This document shows positions 53,372-64,000 of a DNA stretch of 64,000 nt, piece by piece. Under the pieces are notes generated by a model. That model saw nothing but the letters and a program-made list of their open reading frames with translations. It made no database searches and was not told where the DNA came from. Source of the stretch: Azolla caroliniana. Its lineage: Eukaryota > Plantae > Polypodiophyta. Where the stretch lies: NCBI GenBank assembly GCA_043228905.1, contig JBHGNT010000013.1, forward strand, positions 16,926,001 through 16,990,000, read 5' to 3'. Each line of letters starts with the position of its first letter. The stretch's first letter is position 1. Both the position numbers and the translations under genes were made by a program.

Positions 53372-54906
53372 GGTACACGATTGGGAGGTCTTCATCATGA
53401 AGAGGTGGGCGGGTTAGGCTGTTAGTTGTAGGATTACTGGAAGACTAGAGAAGGTGGTAACCCAACTGATACATGGGGTTGTTGCTGGATTAGGTAAGTT
53501 GATTGTGGAAGAGATAGTTTGTTCAGGCTGGTTTGTAGGTGAGGGTGATGCACAACTTATCCGTGGTAGGTGCTCCACTAGCGAGGATCGTTTGTGGGGT
53601 AATTGACAGATGATGGTAGGTGGTTGGCAGTGCGGGTGGCAGTGTTGGAGGGTAAGTGTTGGCAATTGAACCTAGACCCTAAGACACTGAATCATGATCG
53701 TAGAATATGGCTTTTCGATAACAAGCCCTTATATGAGTTGGAGTGGGATCCATTGGAGGTATGGTGGCAAGCACCAGGAACAAATATCTTGAAAAAGTTT
53801 TTTGAGTACAATACCAAGCTAGGAAGACGAATCATTGGCTCCAAAACCGTGGGTGTTGTAATGATTCGCAATAGTTGGAAGGATAAAGGCATTTCAGACA
53901 ATGATTTGAAGTCGTTTTGGAGGAAACTATGGGCATTGGATATGCCAGAAAAAATTAAGGCTTGGTTGTGGCTTCTTAGCCACAAGGCGGTACCTGTATG
54001 CGAGTGGTTGAGCTCCCGTGGTGGTGAGGCTGGTTGTAAGTTATGTGGACATGCTTTGGAATCAATCTCTCACTATTTCTGGAATTGTATAGAGGCGATT
54101 ACCATTTGGAGTAGAAGCCTTCGAATCGTGGCAGCCTATGGTGTGAAAGGGAACGTTGTGTGGGGCGCAATACAAGGGTTGTCCCTAAAAGGGGACAACT
54201 GAGGTGAACGGTTAAACCCACAAGGACATGGATTTATAGTGCAAGGTGGTAGTGTGTTCCAATGTGATGGGGTGAGACCACGTACAAATTCTAAAATTTT
54301 CGAGGAGATTTGGCTTATGGTGGCATGTTTAATGGCCTGGCACATCTGGATCAGGCGTTGTAAGTTTGTTTTTCAATAGCAAAAGCTCTCATGTGGGGAG
54401 ATGATGTTAAATATATGGTTTGATCTTGTGGCTTGGTTGCGCGGTCGGTATGATTCGATTCAAGGGGAATCGGAAGAAGCAGAAAGGGCAAGGTCAAAGT
54501 TCTTGCTGAAATGGAGCAGCTCTCCCATGCTAGTCAAATCTTCATCGAGGCCTAAGTGGAATTACCAGGCACCTAGGTGGTTGTTTCCACCAATGGCTCC
54601 CAATATTGTACATGGGTTGTAATTATGTATGTATAGCTGACACAAGCGTGCGTCAGTATAGTCATGTTACCTAGATAATGTTGTTAGAAAAGAGTTAATT
54701 GAGAGTTGTGGAGTCGGGGTAAATTAGGGTTTATTTCAGTTTTGTTTGAGTTAAGGATCGGTTGAGTTTTTTGTTGTTTTTGTTTGATAGTTTTGGAGTT
54801 GTTCCTCCAAGTTGTATATGTTGACCCCATTGTGGATTTGGGTAAACTCTATTGTATTCTATTTGCTAACTAATGCGAAGTAGTGTTTTTTTTGGGAAAA
54901 AAAAAA
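53372..54906 (+). mobile_element. 5'-truncated L1-type LINE (zf-RVT C-terminus, 3'UTR, poly(A))
   Basis: FWRKLWALDMPEKIKAWLWLLSHKAVPV..CKLCGHALESISHYFWNC; WHIW..RC; A-tail 54897-54906. Confidence 0.85.
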
Positions 54907-56823
54907 TACAACAAATTATCTCATAAAATCTCAAAAACAACGCCATTGGTTTGCCATTACTGCCCTTCCATTTAAAATGGAGGCATGGTGTTGTTACAAC
55001 CATTCAAATGCAACATATCTAATAGCTAGTGTCACTAAACTTATGCTCAATGCACATAAAGAACACAATGACCTTTGGAAATGATCATCTCTCTCCTATT
55101 TATCTTGGTTATTATTACACACATTTCTTTTATTATTCTCAACTGCATGAAATCGTGATTAGCATGATGAACAAAATACAAAATTCTAGGCATTTTACCT
55201 TGTTTGGCATGGTCATTGTTGCAATGATATAACGACTAATGTTTCATTATTTGTGTGTTCTCAAAGGAAATGTTGTATTTCATTCTAAAAGACATCATGC
55301 TAAATCTCCATGATCTAAAATCTAATCTTACTAAATCAAGGGTCCATGCCCTCAAAGAACATACAAATAACATATTATGGTTCTCTCATTGAGTTGTAAA
55401 AATAAGCGCCTCTTGTACTTTCTTTAGTCATTGTCACTTAGTCGTAACAAGAAGTGCGCATATCCACCTCCATCCCCCCCCTGTGCAACAAGGATTCATA
55501 AAATATAAACTTCAACTCTCTCAATATCAAGCATAAAAAATAACAAGAGTACATATTTTACTAAACGTTCATATTAAAAAAGAGCACATCTCATTTCCAT
55601 GCTTTGGAATATTGGTGATGGAGATTTGAGAAGGTACTGATAGATGTAAAATAAAAGAAAAACTTGTGGAAAATGGGTTGAGATATTTTTTAATGAAAGT
55701 CACAAACACAATCCACCATCACAATTCCTATGAAGGATAGCATATAAGATGATAAACACTTTACAAAAGTGAGGAGAATGCATAAAAATATGAATTAGTC
55801 TTTTAGCATATTAGAAATCTTGCAAAACAAAAATGTAATAAGTCATGTTCTAGAATATGTGTCAATAACAAATTAATAACTATACAATATTTTGTAAGGA
55901 TGCAATGCAACAATGCACAAATGAATGCCAATGCAATTGTGCGTGTTTTCAACTATTTGATTGTATATACTTTTAGAGTTCTTTTCACTCAATTTCGCAA
56001 TCGAATGAGTTACAATGAAAAGGATTTGGTTAGCAATTAGCTCGCAAGTTGGTTAATTTGCTCAATGCAATCAAGATATGTTGTCTCCAATTATCAAAAC
56101 TAAAAGTAAGCCAGAGTAGTTGGTTCATAAATACATGGTACCAAACCTACTAAACATTTCAATAAGTCTTTCACCCTAGTATCCGAGTCTAACATATGAT
56201 TTGCACATCACTATTGTTATGAGCCTTCACTATGCTTTCCTCTTGCTTCACCCTACTTAGGCATCATTCGCCATCTTTTGAATCCCATCAAATACATTCC
56301 CTATTAAACCATTCGTAGATTCATGGTTGGTTGATGGTGCAATCAGCAAGGGTTATCCAACATATGAGGTTACTTTCGCCTTAATCTTGTATATATGCTA
56401 GACTTTGGTTTGTATTTCAAAATGACTCATATGTAAAGCCTAGAGCACCAACATTCTGAGCATGAAAGTGCATGTGGCTCTCCTATCAACACTCACTTTG
56501 TACCTCTACAACCTTGATGACATCATGGATCAAGAGCTATAAATATTCTTATTGTATGAAATCCCTTCTTCGTGAATGACAAATTTATTTATAGAACTCA
56601 TGAAATTGAATCATTTTCTAAACTACAAACATTGCCGTTCTATTTAAAGTTTGAGACCTTTTGTTAAACAAAGGTTTTAACATCATTTGCATGAATAAGG
56701 CTTGGCAATGTCTATGTTGGTTAGTGTAAACTACAATCTAATACTTATTTTCTCTACTATGGCCTATATTGGTCTCACATTGTGCTTAACAAAATACTAT
56801 GAAGACAAAATTCAACCAATGTG

Positions 56824-57225
56824 TAGCCTTGTGGGTCAATGATGAAACGCGTCCAACGTGATATCTAGGCCATGCATTCCACTAGCTTAATCATAGGGTA
56901 TCATGAAGACATACACTTTGGCTTACAAGAATTCAAACCCACAACTTCTTGGTTTATGTGTTAACCTTTAACCATTATAATAACATATATGATGTATAAT
57001 CATCAAGATATTTAGAGTATTCTAGAACATTATAGAGTATTTATTCTGGAACATTCTAGATTATTCCATGATTATCATAAATATCTTAAATATTCTAGAA
57101 TACTCCTTAAGAACTTATCAATAGGTGACTATTCATTCATCACAAGTAATTCGGTTCAACACCAATCTTCACCCCTTAGTCTACTCTTTGTAACCGTTGT
57201 TCTCTTATAATATAAACTCCTTCTA

Positions 57226-57256
<31 letters not shown>

Positions 57257-59374
57257 CTGCTCTCAAGTCATGACATGGGGAGCCCATTGGTTACTTAGGT
57301 TGCATTGTTGGTATAGATTTACCATCTAAAGTGATGATATCACCATTGCATGTTATCAATAAAGTGTAAGCTATTATATTGGGAATCTCGGCACCTCTCC
57401 TTTGCAGGCCAAGTTGTGATTGCAAATTCAGTCTTGCTAGCCTCCGATGTGGTTTATCACATCCGTCTAGGTCGGCAATAATGAAAGTTCAAAGTCTCAT
57501 GCGTAACTTCCACTGGGGTGGAAAGAATGGGCCTCACGCAGTGGCCAAGGTGGCATGGAATGTCTTGATTATGCCTAAAAGCCAAGGAGTTATGGCTTTA
57601 ATAGATCCCTTGATGCAATCTCGAGATCTCTAACAAAGTTTGTAGGCAGAGGACTGTTGTCAAGAATAGAGGCCTAGAAGGGTATGCTGCTTAATCAACT
57701 AATGCAATTATCTTCCAAGACGGGAGGAAACTGGTTGCCATCTTTGAAATGGATGTTCTTGATAGATGTACAAACACCGAGACAAAATCTGTCATTAAAT
57801 AGATTTCTCCTAGGAATCGTCAGAGCATAGGATGTAATCAAAATTTTCTTACACAAACAGATGCCTGACACACAGGATGGCTGGATGAATCAACCTCTTC
57901 AAGCTATTCTCTCATCCAGGATTTTGTTGGAAAAGTATTGGGCCTTAGGACTCGTCTTGCTTGAGGAAAACTTGATAATGGGCTAACAACATCAGTGACA
58001 TCTTGGATTCATTTTCAACAAATGTCAAAAGCAGATAATCTTGAGTAGTTACGCTCGATACATGGTGTGAAGACAATAACAATGGATATTCCAGCAGCTT
58101 TCTCGCAACCTTAGGGCAATTTCAGCCAATGTAGGAGCATATTTGGTTTGGTTGCCTTACGAATGCTATGATGTTTTTTGTTAAAGGAATTTCTGCAAAT
58201 GAACGTATTTTTTATTTTCATATTAAACAGGATAATAAATTCTAGCCTAATATACCCTTGGGCAATTCACTACAAAACTTACTTGTTGTTCCAATTAGGG
58301 TGATGGCTAAATCCGGTAAGAAATGGCTACACTACATCCACAACCATCAATAGCTTATTTGTGGGATATGCTTTGGTTATATGCATGGCAGCCAGTTGGT
58401 AGGCTTATGTGGGACCTAAGGGATGGTTCTAGACCAATCCCATGATGGATCTATTGCAGAAAGTTCCATTCTTTCAGTACACTGTGAAATTTGGCAAAAC
58501 CTTACTCATGTCTAAGAATACTCTAATTCCTTCAGTGAGAAGCACTGGCATAACTGGGGTGTTTAAAGTATGATGCATTTGAAGGCTTATTGGAAATGGA
58601 TTTGGTCTTTTAGGGAACCAACCAAATATATTCTCTTCAAATGACTTTTACTACATGCATAACACTACCAGTAGGTCAGTCACCGAAAGGAGATGTGACA
58701 ACCATTCTTAGACAATGTTGTTATTGTTGTGACATGCAAGAAACTACCAAGCATGCTCTCTGGTCCTGTTCACTAGCTCATCAAGTATAGAATAACGTTC
58801 CTTCTTTATTCCCAACGACTAATGCAGGTTGCCTCTTCTCCTTGGGATCAACAATATGGGGGGTTCTCCATTCCAGTCTAGAGTCACTTGTTGTATGAGG
58901 CAAATGATGTTCCAGAGGCTATGATAGTCATCAAGAGGCACCTAATTTATGTCTCCCTCTTTCAGCAACCTCGCAAGCAAGTGCATGCAACCCATGTATG
59001 GAAAACAATGTCAACAATTACATTATAGATCTTATGGAAGTATCGTTGTAAAAGATGATATTGTTCCATAACTCCTCTTCTCTTAGATATATTGCCCAAC
59101 CTATGGGAGAGCTTGTTGGCGGTAGTGTGCAGGCAATATGACACTATGCATGGTTCTTTGGAGGTTCTTAAGAAAAGGAAAAAATTACTTCAGTTATGGA
59201 GGAAGTTGCCTCTATTCACAGTCTCCCCTCAAGGACCAATCTGGAATTACCATTTCCCCCGGTCCTTGCTCTGACCATCTCCTTTGTACATAACACTTTC
59301 TAACTATACATTTTGTAGCCTTCCGACGTTCTTTTAATACTAATGAAGAAAATCTTTTGAGAAAAAAAAAAAAA
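56824..59374 (+). mobile_element. 5'-truncated degraded L1-type LINE with TSD, interrupted by a solo LTR
   Basis: GYLG, NFHWGG..AKVAWNVLIMPKSQG; poly(A) 59362-59376; TSD AACCAATGTG at 56814-56823 and 59375-59384. Confidence 0.85.
56899..57275 (+). mobile_element. Solo LTR distantly related to the LTRs of copies A and B
   Basis: TATCATGA...TCATGACA termini; TSD TAGGG/TGGGG; shares CTGGAACATTCTAGA, GGTTCAAC.CCA.TCTT and a CT tract with the A/B LTRs. Confidence 0.8.
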
Positions 59375-60997
59375 AACCAATGTGGGAGGTTTTCGTGTGG
59401 CCAATCTATTTTACTACAATTGGACCCCAAGTTAACACCTTTTAAGGAGTCATACGTTTTTTTTTTTTCATTTCAAGATCCAACAAATTAGTTTGCATAA
59501 GGAACTTGCAACATTGTCCAAAGATTTGATAAAGTACTTGTGACACTTGATCTTTCCCATGGATCATTCCACCTACTTAGTGTTGGTGGGTTTTATCTAG
59601 CTTGCTAGTTTGATGTTATCTAGGTCAATTGTGAATCATTTTTTATATACCACATTAGCAAAAGCAAATTTCTACATTTATCTGTGAAGGCACACTTCTC
59701 TAGATCCAACTTCAACCTTGTATCTTGGCACTATTGCAAGTACAAAGTTATTACTTACGTTGAGGAAATTCACTCTTTACCCAACAATGTCATGCACAAA
59801 TACTTTTATTAATTTTATGAGGCAATCATGGAACACCCTTTCTAATATCACTCATGTATTTCAAAGTTCAATTATCATAATGGCAACCCTAGTCCCCCTC
59901 AAAACTCAATCAAAAAGGTTGTTTTGATCTTGTTTCTAACTACATTTTTGGCTTGGACATAACCAATGAACCCATCAAAGATACTTATCAGTTTTAGTGT
60001 TGGAGTTCTAGTAGTTAGTACATTCCCTTAATTTCTTGTTTTTTTGGAGGAACACTACCACATATAACTTCTAGGTTTATTTCCTACCAATTGTATGAAC
60101 TAAATCCTTTATGGCATATCAATTTCGTCCTTCAACATTTTCCCATAGTTGCGTTTCATACAATACCTTGATTGTTTGTTTGACACTACTCTCACCTAAT
60201 GTAGGTTTGTCTTACGCTCATAAAGTTTGTGGTTGTTGCTCTTCGTGTTTGTTTGTGCAGGTTCTATGATGCAATCAAGATTAGGACCATTTAAACCATT
60301 TTTAATTTTTACCATTTTAAGAGACGTGTTAGTTAATTAAGATCCAATAATTATTTCTATAGTTCCACCTTGCACTCCTCAAGTGTGCCCAACCTGGCAT
60401 TGCCCTTTGAATAATATTGTATGTATTGGCCATTCAACTTCCTAGCTGTAGCACCAAGTGAGTCTCTACTTTCGTTGTTTTCCTTCCCTATAGTGCGAAG
60501 AAGGATTAGAATATAAGAACTCTTCTTCTATGGTGGGGATGGTAAAGTAATGACACAACCATCCTCCTTGGCAACATACGAAAAAGATAAACAAGAGTGC
60601 CTAACTTTTGTAGAACACTTGGTCTTAAATAAGGGCGCACAATTCTTTTCCACTATTCGGATATTAGGTAAAGCGGTGTTTAACAACAACAACAATATTA
60701 GCAATAGGAGACGGAAGTAGCACTAGTAGTGGGAGTGCTCTAGCAATAGCGGTAGAAGGAATAGGAGTAGGAGCAGCAAGAAAACAAGGGGGAGGAAAAT
60801 AAAAACAAACAACTCGTGGGTCGAAAGATATTCGGTCGAACTCACAAAAAGCATGCAACTGCTCGGAAGCATGAATTGTAATATATATGCAAACATACAT
60901 ATAATGAAGCAGAAAAAAACAACACTAAAATCAATAGATAAATAAGAAAAATTCAAGTATGGATAGTATACAAATAAGTATTAAATATAATACTCAA

Positions 60998-61690
<693 letters not shown>

Positions 61691-63334
61691 CAAAGAAAGG
61701 TATATTATTAGGAATTAACAACCATCATCAATAACAAAACAAGAACCCAAAAAGAAAACAACAGACAAGAATTAAGTAATATACCCCCCCCCCCCCCCTT
61801 CTTCCCCCGAGGATATAGTTTACTCTGCTTTAATGGCTGCCCCATTCCCTTTCCCAATCTAAATCTCACAGTGTCCTCCTCATCCCCCCTTCACTTCTTC
61901 TGCATCAGCATCATCGGATTCGAAGGTGAGTTTGAACTTTTCTCACTGCTTCATGCTATGTGGAAGAGAACATTAACGAAAAAACAGGGATTATCATATC
62001 ATTCGCCTCTGTTTCTGCATTTCTCTTTTTCTTTTCTTTTCTTTTTTCTGTGAGATCTCAATCGTTCATCAGCTTTCTTTCTGCGTTTTTTTTGTTAGTT
62101 TCTTGATTTGGGTTCTTTTTTGTCACAAAAAACCTGCAATTGCTTAACTCTGGTTTTCAGCGATTCTGTTTATTTCTTGATTTTTGGGTTTTCTATTTTT
62201 TTATTTATTACTTTCTCCATATCTCAATCTACCATCGCTTTATTTCAGAGATTGATGTTGGTTTTTATTAGTTTCAATGGTGTTAGAGGCTTTTATTTAG
62301 CCAAAAGTATGCTTGATCATTCTCAAAAGCATATATTTATATGCTTGCTACTATATATTTGAATTTCTTATCTTGTAGCAACATCCTTGACCATATACCC
62401 CTTAATATAAAGTGGATGAGGATAGATGGGAATATTTTTTTGCTTGTTCATAGTTATTTTGCTCGTGCACAATAAATGGCAATGCACATTGCTTATATTT
62501 CTGCATGTAACATGTTCTGAAAATGGAATCGATTTAATTATGAACTTTAGGGCCTACTTGTCTCGATCTATGAGATCAATTGCTAATGGTGAGAAATAGC
62601 CAAACGTTTTTCTATGTAGCGGTGAAATCATTTCTCCACTACATTAATTTGAGTGCTACATAGAAATACGAAAAGGTTTACACAATTTTGCAGTTCTTAT
62701 ACACTGTCCGATATTCTTGCTTTGGTAGTTCTTGTGAACTGGTGATACACATGGTTTGTCGCAATGGAAAGATCGGATGCATCTGACATGTTGGAATCAG
62801 GCATGGAGAATATAGATCATCTTGTAAGGGATGGGATGCATTTGATATGATATAGGACACAATAACTTGGGATGCACTATGATTCATGTTATTCCTTATA
62901 GCACTATCTGTCTGGTTAGCCTGGTTCTTTATTTACATACTAGATTGCATTTTGGTTTTTGTTGATGATCAACTCAATTAGCTATTCTTTTTGTATGGAT
63001 GACATATCACTTATCACTATGGTTGTAACATTTTGTGGGTCTCAAAGGTCATTTTGGTTTCTATAGAAATGTAAATATCGTTTTTTCTCTTTGAAGTTTC
63101 AAAAGTTAATTACACAAATATCTTTCCCAAACTTTAATTATTTAGTTTGTGGCATTAACATTGATTTGTATTTGTGTGTAGCATGGATGCCGCATATTTT
63201 TGTATCTAACTGGATACAAAATCAGCTCAGCACACGTATACCCATCCGGTTGCAAATTTTGATTAACAAATGCTTTGAAGAACTAAATCCATTCAATTTA
63301 TATGAAATATCAAGCTTTCAATAAAAGATAAAGC

Positions 63335-64000
63335 ATGGCTGGCCCCAACACTCCAAGAAATATCACAGAAAATTCAAAGACTACAACCATATGTTCTGCA
63401 GAGGCTGTACATAAGGTATCCATTCATCTCAGTAGCACTCTAACCTTGGAAAGTATCAATGAGCCCACAATAGGTGGATTCCCTCCAAGCAGTCATGATA
63501 CCAGCAGCATCAATTCAAAGAAATTTGTTCATCCCAGTGCAGATGATGGAAAATATGGTACAAATGATGTGAAAACCAGCAATAAAGCTAATTTGGCAGC
63601 AGCAGACGGTACAAAAACTAGCTGTAGTCGGGTAAGTGTCAGTAGTTCAGCAAGCGATGGGAGTGTAAACAGCAGTATTGTGGGAGGCCCTAGTAAACCC
63701 CACAAGGCTAATGATGTCAGGTGGGATGCTATTCAAGCAATATGTTTACGTGATGGCAATCTTGGGTTGAGCCACTTTAGGCTACTCAAGAGGCTTGGAT
63801 GCGGTGATATTGGTAGTGTTTATCTTTCGGAGTTGAACACCACCAACTACCTCTTTGCCATGAAGGTCATGGATAAATGCTCCCTGGCAAATCGGAAAAA
63901 ACTTGTAAGAGCTCAAACAGAGAAGGAAATCTTGGCATGTTTAGATCATCCATTTTTACCGACTTTATATGCCCATTTTGAAACCGAGAAATTTTCTTGC
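63335..64000 (+). CDS. AGCVIII Ser/Thr kinase, D6PK/PVPK-1-like (partial, continues past the window)
   Basis: Open frame from ATG 63335: [72 protein letters not shown]; probable 5'UTR intron 61926-63181. Confidence 0.93.
   Translation, partial: MAGPNTPRNITENSKTTTICSAEAVHKVSIHLSSTLTLESINEPTIGGFPPSSHDTSSINSKKFVHPSADDGKYGTNDVKTSNKANLAAADGTKTSCSRVSVSSSASDGSVNSSIVGGPSKPHKANDVRWDAIQAICLRDGNLGLSHFRLLKRLGCGDIGSVYLSELNTTNYLFAMKVMDKCSLANRKKLVRAQTEKEILACLDHPFLPTLYAHFETEKFSC

Noticed and set aside
59400-60400. Coding-like minus-strand remnant, possibly a DNA-transposon protein
   Set aside because: No recognisable motif could be assigned without a database search

Overview
This is eukaryotic land-plant DNA: AT-rich, intron-rich and dense in transposable elements (TEs). 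The repeat and gene content suggests a non-seed plant such as a fern (inference). Four host genes can be reconstructed: TMEM230 (+, 2 coding exons), the vacuolar fusion protein CCZ1 (-, 9 coding exons), an ATX1/CCH copper chaperone (+) and the 5' part of a D6PK-type AGCVIII kinase (+, runs off the window). The rest is mostly nested TEs: two full-length Ty3/gypsy chromoviruses of one family (438-6080, 35832-41478), an older gypsy, a copia, several solo LTRs, RTE and L1 LINE relics and a hAT-type non-autonomous element. The chromovirus family is the most interesting system. Its LTR starts with an outward-facing tRNA-like sequence carrying Pol III A/B boxes, followed by a perfect heat-shock element and a TATA box. 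It has a self-complementary (tRNA-independent) primer site, a G_UUA_AAC plus pseudoknot -1 frameshift signal, and a strongly enriched TAGTACTA palindrome. One copy points its 3' LTR at an ATX1 gene that has duplicated alternative 5' exons. All counts and alignments were made by eye.
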